From Candidatus Kryptoniota bacterium (GTDB taxonomy: Bacteria; Bacteroidota; Ignavibacteria; Kryptoniales; JAKASW01), in the NCBI GenBank assembly GCA_024641705.1, contig JAHECO010000017.1, positions 16,168 through 80,167 on the forward strand: a stretch of DNA of 64,000 nt, in the 5' to 3' direction. A program made the translations under genes and the position numbers. Of the stretch, positions 50,137-60,639 are shown one piece after another. Every line of letters begins with the position of its first letter. Within the stretch, counting starts at the first letter, position 1. The notes under the pieces are model-generated. The model saw only the letters and a list, made by a program, of their open reading frames with translations, made no database searches and was not told the origin of the DNA.

Positions 50137-52452
50137 ATGATCAGAAAGGCTTACACACTCTCCTTCCTCGCGATGGCGGGGCTGATCCTGACTTTCTCCT
50201 CTGCATTTGCGCAGATGATGGGAGGCAGTTTTTCGCTCGAAGCATCGATAGAAGAAGGAAAAGTTTCACTCTCCTGGGAACAGCCGGAGAGTTTCGCGGC
50301 ATCTTACTACCTGGTATACCGCGGTGAAATGAGCATCAGTGATACGAGTTTGAATATATCATACAATCAAATCGACTCCACCACGGCGACTTCTTATCAG
50401 GACACGACCATGCCCACGACCAATTCGGTTCTGGTTTACCAGGTCAGGGCGTTCAATGGTTCGGGACAAATGAAAGTGAGCAATTTTGCCAAAGTGTTTG
50501 TCGATTCAATGGATCTCAACCGCGACCACGTCACGATAACATCGACCCCCTCGATGAACGGCAGCGTCGACTCGCTTTACACTTACCAGGTACAGGCGGT
50601 CTCTTCCGATTCGACGTCGGTCCTGTCTTACAGGCTCGGCGAGGATCATCCGCCGCTGATGGCGATGGATTCGACGGGATTGATAAGCTGGACACCGGTC
50701 GTAAGAGGATGGTACGACGTTGATGCGGTCGTCATCTCCAGCAACGGCGGCCGCGCGAGACAGGAGTTCGCGATAAGAGTCTCCAGTGTCAACGGCACCA
50801 TCGCCGGAACGGTCACCGACACGCTCGGCAACCCGCTTCCGAACGTTCTCGTGAAACTCTACCAGCGAGACATGGAATGGCATTTTGACTACCATGCCGT
50901 CACCGATTCAGACGGGAATTACAAGATTATGCACGTCGACGCCGGCAAGTATCTCGTGCACGCTACACCTTCCAACCCTAACTTCGCGGCGCAGTGGTAC
51001 GACGGCGTTTACAGCATGATCAACGCGACGCCGGTGGTTGTCACCGATACCACGACACAGGTCGCCAACTTCAAGCTGCCGAGCCGCTACGCAGCCCTTC
51101 CCAAATATACCGTCACCGGCGCCGTGACCGACACGAACGGCACCGCCTTGAAGGGTGCGCTCGTCGTGTTCGCAAGGGCCGGCTTCGTGTTCAATTCTGC
51201 AAAGGAAAGCCAGAACGAATGGCAGGAAGGCGACGACTACAGAGCCATCTTCCAGAACATGTACCAGGAGAGGCATACAGTCCGGCACTTCAGTCTGGAC
51301 GGCGATTCTCCATTCGTCTTCAAGACGCGCACCGACAGCAACGGAGTATATTCCGACACGCTGCCGCAGGGATTCTACGTTGCCTTCGCGCAGGCGGCCG
51401 GTTACCAGAGAATCTTCTTCAACAACGAATCCAATCTTCTCTCCGCAGACATCATTGCAGTCAACAGTGATACGACGAACATCAACTTCGCGCTTCCCCC
51501 GCTTCCGCCTGTCGTACTCGGCCAGATCAGCGGGACGATTATGGATTCGACCAGCGGCGCGGGCGTCGCGGCCAGGATTATTGCCTTCCGCGATGTGTGG
51601 AACTACCGAGACACTCTCAAGATGCACGTGGCTGGCGCGTACTTCGCGGACGCCGACAGCACCGGAGCCTACACTCTCGCGAGCCTGCCTCCGGGTTATT
51701 ACAAGATTCTCGCCATACCGCTCGGCAGCTACGTGCCGTCGTTCTACAGCATCACCGGTCCGACGATAAAGTGGAAAGAAGCCTCCGCGGTGCCGGTTGA
51801 CGGCAACTCGACAAGCGGAGTGAACATATACGTGATGCCGACTCCTTCCTCGGCGGCAGGCTATACGTGGATCAACGGTCAGGTAATCTCGGGCACCACG
51901 TCGGCCGGAGTGAGCGGAGCGCTCGTCTACGCGTTCGACTCCAACGGGAATCTCGCAGGTTTCGGAATCACGAACCGGGACGGCGCGTACACCATCTCCG
52001 GTATAGCTCCCGGAACATATACGGTGTCCACTGACGTAGTCGGTTTCACCTCGACATCCACCGAAACGTCTTCCCCGACGTACGACGCGAGCGGGAACCC
52101 GGTGCCTTCGACGTCGAATATGATCGTCACGCCGGATGTACCGACTGCGGTGTACCAGAAAGCCGTACAGCCGGTGAACTACGCGCTCGATCAGAACTAC
52201 CCGAACCCGTTCAACCCGACGACGCAGATTGCGTTCAGCATCCCGCAGTCGATGCATGTCACGGTCACGATCTTCAACATACTCGGCCAGCGGATCGCGA
52301 CGCTTGTGGACGGGAACATGAGCGCCGGCTCGCATGTGGTGACATGGAACGCGCGCAACGAGCACGGTGAGATCATGCCGACCGGAGTGTACTTCTACAG
52401 GCTCTCCACTCCGAGCTTCACGGCGGTAAAGAAGATGCTTTTGCTGAAGTAA
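50137..52452 (+). CDS. T9SS-secreted protein with repeated carboxypeptidase-regulatory-like domains
   Basis: Signal peptide, repeated I/VxGxVTD...TDSxGxY, QNYPNPFNP CTD. Confidence 0.88.
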   Translation: MIRKAYTLSFLAMAGLILTFSSAFAQMMGGSFSLEASIEEGKVSLSWEQPESFAASYYLVYRGEMSISDTSLNISYNQIDSTTATSYQDTTMPTTNSVLVYQVRAFNGSGQMKVSNFAKVFVDSMDLNRDHVTITSTPSMNGSVDSLYTYQVQAVSSDSTSVLSYRLGEDHPPLMAMDSTGLISWTPVVRGWYDVDAVVISSNGGRARQEFAIRVSSVNGTIAGTVTDTLGNPLPNVLVKLYQRDMEWHFDYHAVTDSDGNYKIMHVDAGKYLVHATPSNPNFAAQWYDGVYSMINATPVVVTDTTTQVANFKLPSRYAALPKYTVTGAVTDTNGTALKGALVVFARAGFVFNSAKESQNEWQEGDDYRAIFQNMYQERHTVRHFSLDGDSPFVFKTRTDSNGVYSDTLPQGFYVAFAQAAGYQRIFFNNESNLLSADIIAVNSDTTNINFALPPLPPVVLGQISGTIMDSTSGAGVAARIIAFRDVWNYRDTLKMHVAGAYFADADSTGAYTLASLPPGYYKILAIPLGSYVPSFYSITGPTIKWKEASAVPVDGNSTSGVNIYVMPTPSSAAGYTWINGQVISGTTSAGVSGALVYAFDSNGNLAGFGITNRDGAYTISGIAPGTYTVSTDVVGFTSTSTETSSPTYDASGNPVPSTSNMIVTPDVPTAVYQKAVQPVNYALDQNYPNPFNPTTQIAFSIPQSMHVTVTIFNILGQRIATLVDGNMSAGSHVVTWNARNEHGEIMPTGVYFYRLSTPSFTAVKKMLLLK

Positions 52453-52480
52453 GGTCGTCCCTATCGACCCTTCTACCCAA

Positions 52481-52528
52481 AGGGCGGGCGGATCCCGACG
52501 ACTGTCGGGACGTCCACCCTCTTTTTTT
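52481..52528 (+). terminator. Intrinsic terminator with embedded palindrome
   Basis: AGGGCGGGCG...CGTCCACCCT plus T-tract; inner TCCCGAC-GACT-GTCGGGA. Confidence 0.65.
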
Positions 52529-52569
52529 ACTCAACTGAATTGCGGTGCGTGCCACAACAACCACCGATC

Positions 52570-53190
52570 TGTAGAATCCCCTTGCAAACACGACTTTCGA
52601 CGAAAGAGAAAGCCGTGTTTGTGGGGCACCCTATTTCCCGCTCCCGAGCTCCTCTGTATTTGCCCACGGATTTTGGAAGGCAGGACTTTTGGGTGAGAAA
52701 GAGAAAGTGAACAAGGAAGCTTTCAGGAGTCTTGATGGCTGTGTTGTTCTTTCTTTTGTCTTGACACAAAAGAAAGAACCAAATGCCGCCTTGTCGCGGA
52801 TACCGCGCCACGCGGTGCGGCATCCCGCATACTTATATTCAATAATTGAGCGGGAGAAAAAGTCAAGGCCGCGGAAAAAATGGCTGAAAATTTCCCGCGA
52901 CGCTAAAACAAATGAAATACGGCAGGACTTGCGGTTCCAGAGTGACCCCACATTTGTTTCTAAATGCGTGGCTCCAAATTTTCTCGCCGCCGTTTCTTCC
53001 TAATGTCTAACGGTATGATAGATGTCATGTACTGTGCCGTTGAGAAACTCTGTGTCGTCGGGGGCGGAATTAACCAGAGAACTGCGAAACCCCTTTCAAA
53101 ACCGGTTCCGACACAGTCGGAATCCGGTTTTGTGGGGCGCCCTTTTCTTTTCCATCATTTTCTTTTGGGCGAGCAAAAGAAAATGATGAA
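52570..53190. repeat. Palindrome-rich intergenic region (REPIN/MITE-like)
   Basis: Two related hairpins at 52578-52626 and 53090-53137, plus TTCTTTTG...CAAAAGAA hairpins. Confidence 0.55.
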
Positions 53191-53286
53191 GGGAGAACTC
53201 AAGAACTTGTCGTCTCCGCAATTCTTTAGTTTGCGCCGCAAGACTTGTTTTGAACACCCCTCAGCCCTAACTTTTAAAAGAGGAAA

Positions 53287-53871
53287 ATGAGGATCAACAG
53301 TTCAGTGGAGTCGGCTTTGGAGAGACGAATTTCATTTCTATTAACAGCCATTTTGTCGTTCATTTGTTTCCCCCTGATTTTGTTCTCCGCTTCGAGCGCT
53401 GCCGGCCAGACCGCGTCGGGCGATACCACTTCGGCCAAACAGTCGGCGTCGGCGAGTGCAAGCATCATTGTCAAAATCGTCAGCGATTCAACGACAGTCA
53501 GGAACGACTCTCTCACGGGCAGCCAGGACACGGCCCGGGAGAAGAAAGACACGGTGGCGGCGAAGAAGGACACACTGGAAATCATCACCAGCAGCGGCAG
53601 CTACAACACGGTGCCGGGCTTCCGGATCCAGCTCCTTACCACGCAGAATCTATCCGAAGCTATCGGCATGAAAGCGAAGGCCGATTCGCTTCTGGCCAAT
53701 TACAATATCTATATCGTCTACGATTCGCCCTACTACAAGGTGCGCGTGGGCGACTTCCGTGCCCGCTACGAGGCGAACCAGGCTATCGGCTACATCGCTG
53801 ACCACGGCTTCCCGAACGCCTGGTCGGTCCCGGACAACGTCTTCAGGAACCCGCAGCGGAAAACCAACTGA
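53287..53871 (+). CDS. SPOR-domain protein
   Basis: GFRIQL...YYKVRVGDF...GFPNAW. Confidence 0.85.
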   Translation: MRINSSVESALERRISFLLTAILSFICFPLILFSASSAAGQTASGDTTSAKQSASASASIIVKIVSDSTTVRNDSLTGSQDTAREKKDTVAAKKDTLEIITSSGSYNTVPGFRIQLLTTQNLSEAIGMKAKADSLLANYNIYIVYDSPYYKVRVGDFRARYEANQAIGYIADHGFPNAWSVPDNVFRNPQRKTN

Positions 53872-53881
53872 CCCCATCTCA

Positions 53882-54011
53882 AGAGGTTGTCCCAAAACAA
53901 GGAAAATGTCATTCTGAAGGAGCGGAGCGACTGAAGAATCCACTTATTCGTTCTGAAAAATGGATGCTTCACTTCGTTCAGCATGACAGACAAGACTTTC
54001 TAGACAGCCTC
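53882..54011. repeat. 130-bp MITE/REPIN-like element, copy 1
   Basis: 128/130 identical to 61021..61150; TIR GAGGTTGTC/GACAGCCTC. Confidence 0.9.
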
Positions 54012-54314
54012 TTTGGGTGAGGTAAGTATAATAAACCGCCTCGCTCACGGAACAATGGCAAATCGAGAGAAGACATTGACCGAGGTGTCAAGAGTGCCAA
54101 TTCATGAAACACATCAGGTGACTAAGGCTCACTCCACCCTGATCCTCCCTTACGAGGGGAGGAGGCGATCGGTCATGATTTCGAAGTCACCGTGGGCTTT
54201 CCTTCTTTCCGGAAATTCTCTCACGGATCCCGGGTTTATTTCTATGGAGATGCGTGCCGCGACCCAAGAGCCGGAGCAGTCTAACGTCCTGATAAATCAT
54301 CTCATCAAGCGAGT

Positions 54315-55721
54315 ATGAAAGGAGGTACACTGAGAGCAGGCCTCATACTGATAGCGGTTCTGACGGCCATCAGCCTCGCCGCGTCCAATCGGGATCCCAG
54401 GCTCGCGCACTCCTACCGCACCGAAAAGAACGGGTGGATCTACGTCCACCTTCAAGGAAACCCAAACCAGATCGGCTACCAGGACGGATATCTCCTCGCC
54501 CCGGAGATAGACGACGCTATCCGCACGGTCAGCTTCTACATCGGACGCACCACCCATAAAGACTGGAATTTCTACAGGGAAGCGGCCGAGAGGATGTACT
54601 GGCCGAGACTCAACGACGAGTACCGGCAAGAGATCGAAGGCATCGCCGAAGGACTTCGCGCACGCGGCAAGAAGTACGACGCGATCGACATAACCGCGCT
54701 CAACGGGTGGATGGAGCTTGCCTATTATTATCTCCCCCAGCTGAGACGGCTATTGCGGGAGGGGAAAAGTAACAACAGCGCTCCGGGGAATTGCAGCGCC
54801 GTCATCGCGACGGGGAGCTGCACTTCCGACGGCAAGATCGTAATGGCACATAACTGCTGGACCGATTACATAATCGGCGAGAGGTGGAACATAATCGAAG
54901 ATATAGTCCCCGAGAAAGGTAACAGGATACTCATGGACGCGTTCCCCGGCTTCATAGACAGCGGCGATGACTTCGCGGAGAACAGCGCGGGTATTCTTGT
55001 CACGGAGACCACTATCGCGCAGTTCAGAGGATTCGACACGACCGGAGTCCCGGAATTCATGCGCGCGAGGGAAGCGGTTCAATACTCAAACAGCATCGAC
55101 GATTTCGTCCGCATAATGACAAAGGGAAATAACGGCGCCTATGCCAACGACTGGCTCATAGGCGACACGAAGACTGACGAGATTGCCCGCCTGGAACTCG
55201 GGCTGAAGAATCACAAATTGTGGCGGACGAAAGACGGTTACTACGCCGGCTCGAATTTCCCAAGCGACAGAAAGCTCATCAGGGAAGAGACGAGGTTCAA
55301 TCCGGGCGACAAGTACAGCTCCATGAACGACCGCAAGGCCCGCTGGGAACGCCTGATGGCGGAGTACAAAGGACGCATCGACGCGGCTCTGGCCGAGAAA
55401 TTTCTCGGCGATCATTACGACGATGTGCGCGGCAAGGAGGGACCTAGTGCGTATGTTTTATGCGGGCACAACGACGAAGACCCCCGCGGCGTGAGGCAGT
55501 GGGGCTGGTCGCCGTTCAACCCGGCAGGAGCAGTGCAGGGAAAGGTTACGACGACGGAGCTCGCGAAGAAGATGGAATTCCGGGCCCGCATGGGACATCC
55601 CTGCGGGGAGAACTTCATTGTCTCACAATTTTTCAAGAAGCATCCGGGATACAGATGGGAAGGCAAATTTCTACATGACATGCTTTCATATCCATGGGCA
55701 CTTTTCACAATAAAAAAGTAA
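54315..55721 (+). CDS. Ntn-hydrolase, C45/phospholipase B-like
   Basis: NCSAVIA nucleophile Cys, MAHN, SGDDF, ETTI, YANDW. Confidence 0.82.
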   Translation: MKGGTLRAGLILIAVLTAISLAASNRDPRLAHSYRTEKNGWIYVHLQGNPNQIGYQDGYLLAPEIDDAIRTVSFYIGRTTHKDWNFYREAAERMYWPRLNDEYRQEIEGIAEGLRARGKKYDAIDITALNGWMELAYYYLPQLRRLLREGKSNNSAPGNCSAVIATGSCTSDGKIVMAHNCWTDYIIGERWNIIEDIVPEKGNRILMDAFPGFIDSGDDFAENSAGILVTETTIAQFRGFDTTGVPEFMRAREAVQYSNSIDDFVRIMTKGNNGAYANDWLIGDTKTDEIARLELGLKNHKLWRTKDGYYAGSNFPSDRKLIREETRFNPGDKYSSMNDRKARWERLMAEYKGRIDAALAEKFLGDHYDDVRGKEGPSAYVLCGHNDEDPRGVRQWGWSPFNPAGAVQGKVTTTELAKKMEFRARMGHPCGENFIVSQFFKKHPGYRWEGKFLHDMLSYPWALFTIKK

Positions 55722-55845
55722 GTATGAGTGACTATACCAACAGGTTCATAACAGTCGGAACAATTCGTATCCGCGTGCCTTTCAGTGAGAGCGGAAGCAA
55801 TTACGCAGAGGTCCACGGAGAAGACACTGAGAGACACGGAGAGGA

Positions 55846-56520
55846 ATGAATACTTTCCGGGTGGAGGAAATTCACAACTGCGAAGCCAAAACACATCTCT
55901 GTGGATCTCTGTGTATCCTCTGTGGAACTCTGTGTAACCTGAAGAGCCATCGCAAGGGAAGCCTTCAAGAAAATCATCGTCAGAAAAGAGGGGCAATTTT
56001 CGGCGCCCTATTGGTTTTGAGTCTTTTGATGCTAGCGGGATGCAACCGGGGTCTGGCGCCGCTGCAAACATCTCCCGCTGTCCAACCGGGTTTCGGCGGA
56101 ACGATCCACTTTGTCTCAGTCTGGCCTCAGGCCGACAGCGTCCAGGATCTTCGAGTCGTGGCATTCTACGATTATCCCCCCGGTAACATCTTCACCGAAG
56201 TCACATCCGGAAAAGCCAAAGTTTATCCACCGATAGGTTCGAGCGGGCTTTCCAAATTTGTCGACTCGCTCTCGTATAAATTTACTCTGGACTCGGCGGG
56301 GACGTTCCAGTATGTGGTTGTGGCGATGCAGTACGGCTCCAACGTATTGAAGGACTGGAAGGTCGTCGGAGCATACGGCTACTCACACGGCGCGGGATAT
56401 CCGGAGCCCGTAACAGTCCCGCCCGATTCATTTGTAAACGGAATTGATCTTGAAGTCGATTTCAAAAATACACCTCCTACTCCTCTCGGCGGCGTCGCTC
56501 ATCCTGCTTCCCGGAACTAG
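55846..56520 (+). CDS. Hypothetical lipoprotein; true start likely downstream
   Basis: LLMLAGC lipobox; precedes a TonB-dependent receptor. Confidence 0.65.
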   Translation: MNTFRVEEIHNCEAKTHLCGSLCILCGTLCNLKSHRKGSLQENHRQKRGAIFGALLVLSLLMLAGCNRGLAPLQTSPAVQPGFGGTIHFVSVWPQADSVQDLRVVAFYDYPPGNIFTEVTSGKAKVYPPIGSSGLSKFVDSLSYKFTLDSAGTFQYVVVAMQYGSNVLKDWKVVGAYGYSHGAGYPEPVTVPPDSFVNGIDLEVDFKNTPPTPLGGVAHPASRN

Positions 56521-58672
56521 CCGTTCCCAGGCAAGGATCTGGGGCGTCGTCCGCTCAGCCGAGGACTCAAGCGCGATCGCAGGAGCGACTGTACAGGTAC
56601 AGTCCATCGGGCTCGAAAAGGCTGTCAAGACAGGTGTGTTGTCCCAAGTGGACGGAAGCTTCTCGATCGAGAAGATCCCGCCGGGTGAATACCGCACGAC
56701 GGTTTCGATGATTGGGTACAGGAGATTTGTCGACACGGTCGCCGCCGTACCGGGCGGAGGCCGCGGCCTGGAGGTCTTTCTTCGCCCGTCGCCCATCCAG
56801 GCAGGCCAGGTGGTGGTCACGGCGAGCAAGCGAAGGCAGCTGCTGACGGAAGTGCCTGTCAGCGTCAGCCTTGTCAGCTCGGCCTCGATGGAGAGAAGGA
56901 ACATTATATCGCTGGACGACGCGCTGCGCTACGTCCCGGGAGTAAACTTCGTTCAGGATCAGGCGAACATCCGCGGATCGAGCGGTTACGCCCGCGGCAT
57001 CGGGAGCCGCGTGCTTCTACTTGTCGACGGGATCCCGCTCCTCACCGGCGATACGGGACAGGCCGTCTGGGAGTCGATACCCGTCTCCGAGATCGATCAT
57101 GTGGAAGTAGTGAAAGGCGCCGGCTCTTCACTGTACGGTTCGAGCGCGCTCGGCGGGGTCATCGACGTCATTACGAAAAATAATGTCGACACGAAATCTA
57201 CCAGCGTGAAGGTGTACGGCGGGTTCTACCAGCAGCCGACTTACAACGATTGGCGCTGGTCGGGGAAGGACAGGTTCTTCCAGGGCGCTTCGATCACCCA
57301 CTCGCAGCCGATCGGACTGGGTGATTTCGGATTGACGGCCTCCTTGAGTTACAAGAAAGACGACGGCTATATCGAGAACGATTTCTTCCGTCGCCTGAAT
57401 TTCTTTTTCAAGACGGCGGGAAACATTTCGGGGAACAAGAGCCTGAAGGTATTCGGCGATGTTTTCAACCAGTATTCCGGAAATTTCCTGTACTGGCAGG
57501 ACGTTAACCATGCGCTTCAGCCGGCGAGTACTTCGCTCGGCCAATGGGTGAACTCGACGCGGGCCAACCTGTCAGGAATCTATACGAACGTCGTCTCCGG
57601 CAATTTCCTGTACATCGTCCGTGGGAGCTACTACTTCAGCCACTGGTATGACAATCTTGGCCAGACGCCGACCGGGGTAGGAGATACGTCGACTTCGAAC
57701 ACGGGTTATCTTGAACTCCAGGGGACATTGAATCTCGACCCGTCGACCATTCTGACATTCGGTGCGGACGGCCAGGTCGACTACATCAACTCCAATTCGT
57801 TCTCGGACAAGACGAGCAATTCCGGCGCTGTCTACTTGCAGGGCGAGAGGAAATTCGGTCGTCTCCACGCTACGGTCGGTGCAAGGTATGATTACGAGAA
57901 AATTGTCGGTAAAGCGGCATTCAACCAGTTCAATCCGAAGGCCGGTCTGGTTTACGATCTCGGAAGGGGAGCGACGCTTCGGGCTTCGGTCGGCACCGGG
58001 TTCCGCGCGCCGAGCATCGGTGAGACTTACGCGTCGATACAATCGGGCGGCGTTTCGATTATTCCCAACCCGGCGCTGCTTCCCGAGAGGAGTCTTTCGG
58101 AGGAGATCGGCGGAAGGATGCCGCTATGGTATTTCGGGCTGATCGACGCTGCGGTGTTCCAGAGCGATTACTGGAACATGATAGAGCCGCAATTCAACAA
58201 CAGCGGGCAGGTAACTTTTCAGAACGTGACGCGCGCTAGGGTGCAGGGATGCGAAATCGATGCGTCGAGCGATGCGGGGACCGACTTCCTGACCCTGAGG
58301 GCGAGCTACACATACGTCTATCCTCTCGATCTGACGACGCACGAAGTGCTGAAGTACAGATCGCGCGAGCTGTTCTACCTATCCGCAGATTTCAGCAAGT
58401 CCATCTACCGCGCGTCTCTCGATTTCAGGTTCATCAGCGCTTTCGAGAACTACGACAAGCAACTGGTACAACTAGGCATTGTCAGAAGCGGTGACCAGAG
58501 AGTGCCGGCATACGTAACGGATGTTCGGGCGGGGGTTGATTTAACGTCAGCCGGTATCCCGCTCGAAGCGACGTTCATAGTGAACAATCTCTTCAATTAT
58601 TATTACGTCGAGATGATAGGGAACATAGCCCCGCTGAGAAATTACTCGCTGGTGCTGTCGTGGAAGTTTTAA
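56444..58672 (+). CDS. TonB-dependent receptor
   Basis: VVVTAS, LRYVPGV, VEVVKGAGSSLYGSSALGGVI, GFRAPS, NNLFN, terminal Phe. Confidence 0.94.
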   Translation: MILKSISKIHLLLLSAASLILLPGTSRSQARIWGVVRSAEDSSAIAGATVQVQSIGLEKAVKTGVLSQVDGSFSIEKIPPGEYRTTVSMIGYRRFVDTVAAVPGGGRGLEVFLRPSPIQAGQVVVTASKRRQLLTEVPVSVSLVSSASMERRNIISLDDALRYVPGVNFVQDQANIRGSSGYARGIGSRVLLLVDGIPLLTGDTGQAVWESIPVSEIDHVEVVKGAGSSLYGSSALGGVIDVITKNNVDTKSTSVKVYGGFYQQPTYNDWRWSGKDRFFQGASITHSQPIGLGDFGLTASLSYKKDDGYIENDFFRRLNFFFKTAGNISGNKSLKVFGDVFNQYSGNFLYWQDVNHALQPASTSLGQWVNSTRANLSGIYTNVVSGNFLYIVRGSYYFSHWYDNLGQTPTGVGDTSTSNTGYLELQGTLNLDPSTILTFGADGQVDYINSNSFSDKTSNSGAVYLQGERKFGRLHATVGARYDYEKIVGKAAFNQFNPKAGLVYDLGRGATLRASVGTGFRAPSIGETYASIQSGGVSIIPNPALLPERSLSEEIGGRMPLWYFGLIDAAVFQSDYWNMIEPQFNNSGQVTFQNVTRARVQGCEIDASSDAGTDFLTLRASYTYVYPLDLTTHEVLKYRSRELFYLSADFSKSIYRASLDFRFISAFENYDKQLVQLGIVRSGDQRVPAYVTDVRAGVDLTSAGIPLEATFIVNNLFNYYYVEMIGNIAPLRNYSLVLSWKF

Positions 58673-58759
58673 AGGGTTCGTGGTTCAGAGTTCTTGGTTC
58701 GTGGTTCTCGGTTGCCGGATCGTCAATCGTAAATCGCAGCTCTTAAATCCTCTTCCTCT

Positions 58760-59188
58760 TCAAACCCTGTCCGTTATCATCCTTCTTCCGATCCGCTCGA
58801 ACATCGGGGTGAGCCCGACAAGCAGCAGCAGCGTCTCCACCAGCGGCACCAGGTTCGGCGCGATGAACATAACCGCGAGCCAGACAAACACCGCCGGTAC
58901 CGATAGCTTCAGGACCTTCGGCACGATTGCCGGTATCATGCCTTTTGCGGATTCCCGCCCGGTCGAGCGGGCCATCCCGATGAGGCTCTCTCTCAACTCG
59001 TCGGACACGCTCTCGCGGTCCATCTTCATCAACAGGCGGTGAACCGCGCCCATCTCCTCATAATAACCGGCGCACTTCCCGCACTCCTCCATGTGCCTGA
59101 CCATGTTTTCCGGCAAGTTCTCTTTCGCGGGTGTATCTCCCCCGTCCATCTTCCGGTCGAGCAAGTCCATGAATTCTTCGCAGTTCAT
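58760..59188 (-). CDS. Zinc-finger (ZAS) anti-sigma factor
   Basis: MNC...HMEECGKC plus TM helices; coupled to the ECF sigma. Confidence 0.85.
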   Translation of the reverse strand: MNCEEFMDLLDRKMDGGDTPAKENLPENMVRHMEECGKCAGYYEEMGAVHRLLMKMDRESVSDELRESLIGMARSTGRESAKGMIPAIVPKVLKLSVPAVFVWLAVMFIAPNLVPLVETLLLLVGLTPMFERIGRRMITDRV

Positions 59189-59724
59189 AATTCTTCTCTT
59201 CCGCCTCTCATGATTTCCCGCAGCTTCCTCCTCCCGCGGTGTATCTCCACGGAGACGGTCCCGATCGGGATTTCGAGCGCTTGCGATATCTCATTGTAGG
59301 ATAACCCTTCCATATAAAAGAGCGTGAGCGCTGCCGACTCGACAGGCGGCAGGAGCGCCAGGTATTTCTCTATCGCGATGCGCCGCTCCGTTTTGAAGAA
59401 CGCTTTCTCCTGTCGGGATATGTGTCCGATCCTGTCGTCCGGCGGGTCGATCTCGCTTTCATCGAGACTCACCGCTGCGTGTCTCTTCCTGCTCAACCGG
59501 CTCATGCACACGTTCGACGTGATCCGCCAGATCCACGTCGACATCGCGGAGTCGCCCCTGAAGCTGTCGAGCGATTTGAAGACTCTCATGAAAACGTCCT
59601 GTGTCGCCTCCTCGGCGTCTTCGCGGTTCCCGAGCATCCGGGAGGCCAGATTGAAAACCCGCCCCGAGTAGAGGTCGACGATGTCCAGGTATTTGTCTGT
59701 CTTCTTCTGTCCTTCGGTTCCCAT
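59185..59724 (-). CDS. ECF sigma factor
   Basis: DAEEATQDVF, STWIWRI, GLSYNEIS...IPIGTV. Confidence 0.93.
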   Translation of the reverse strand: MGTEGQKKTDKYLDIVDLYSGRVFNLASRMLGNREDAEEATQDVFMRVFKSLDSFRGDSAMSTWIWRITSNVCMSRLSRKRHAAVSLDESEIDPPDDRIGHISRQEKAFFKTERRIAIEKYLALLPPVESAALTLFYMEGLSYNEISQALEIPIGTVSVEIHRGRRKLREIMRGGREEL

Positions 59725-59856
59725 TTGCCGGAGTGCCCGAAATGCGGGCGGTATTTAGGACCTCAATCTGTTAGACCCGATGCAAAGTAAGATTCTTTCA
59801 ATGAAAGAAAAAAACCGCGCGTGAAGTCTAAAGGGATAAAGAAGGAAATGTGAAAG

Positions 59857-60237
59857 ATGAATGGTCTTCTGGATACTGCCGATTATGTGCTCTTCGAAAG
59901 CGCTGTCTTCCTGTTCCTGATTGCGGTCTGGGGGTTCTGGAAATACCGGGAAAGGGAATTGCTGCACAAGGAGGCTGTCCTGAACGTGGGAGAGAATCTG
60001 CCGCAGGGGACCCGCGCGCGGGCAGGCTGGATGAGGATAGTCACAACAGTGGCCGTCTTCGCCATCCTCCTTCTCGCCGTGATCAGGGGGTATGTGCTGG
60101 TGCTCAAGATGGTGAGTTTTTTCGACAACCCGTTGGCATACCTGGCTTATCCGGTGCTTGTCGAGCTCTCTCTGGTCGCCGTTCTCTTCTTGGCGATGAT
60201 CGTGAGAGATATCAGGTCACTAGTAATGAAGGGCTGA
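59857..60237 (+). CDS. Membrane protein
   Basis: About three hydrophobic segments; divergent from the ECF sigma. Confidence 0.65.
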   Translation: MNGLLDTADYVLFESAVFLFLIAVWGFWKYRERELLHKEAVLNVGENLPQGTRARAGWMRIVTTVAVFAILLLAVIRGYVLVLKMVSFFDNPLAYLAYPVLVELSLVAVLFLAMIVRDIRSLVMKG

Positions 60238-60240
60238 GAA

Positions 60241-60639
60241 ATGTTTGTCGCGATTTTCATTGAAGCAGTGATAATCTCCGCTTTCTTCGACCAGCAGGAG
60301 AGACGACACAAGCTGGAACTCCAGCTCGAATATGAAAAGATCGGGAAGGAGATGCCTCCCGAGCCTCCGAAGCTTCCGAAACTCGAATCGGTCGCTAATA
60401 TATTTATCGGATTGGTGCTGGCAGAAATCGGCGGGTTCGGACTGTGGGCCTTCGTCGCGCTTCTGATGCAGAACGGGGCATCGATTTTTACGAATCAGAA
60501 GCTGAGAGGGGATTACTTCACGGGTCAAACCGATTTCATCGCGGCATTCATCGCCGGAGGGATAGCGCTCATATTGCTCGGTGTCAAATCACTCAGAGCT
60601 CACGCCCGCTATCGCGAATTGATGAAAGGGAAGAGCTGA
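60241..60639 (+). CDS. Membrane protein
   Basis: About three hydrophobic segments; co-transcribed with the previous gene. Confidence 0.65.
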   Translation: MFVAIFIEAVIISAFFDQQERRHKLELQLEYEKIGKEMPPEPPKLPKLESVANIFIGLVLAEIGGFGLWAFVALLMQNGASIFTNQKLRGDYFTGQTDFIAAFIAGGIALILLGVKSLRAHARYRELMKGKS

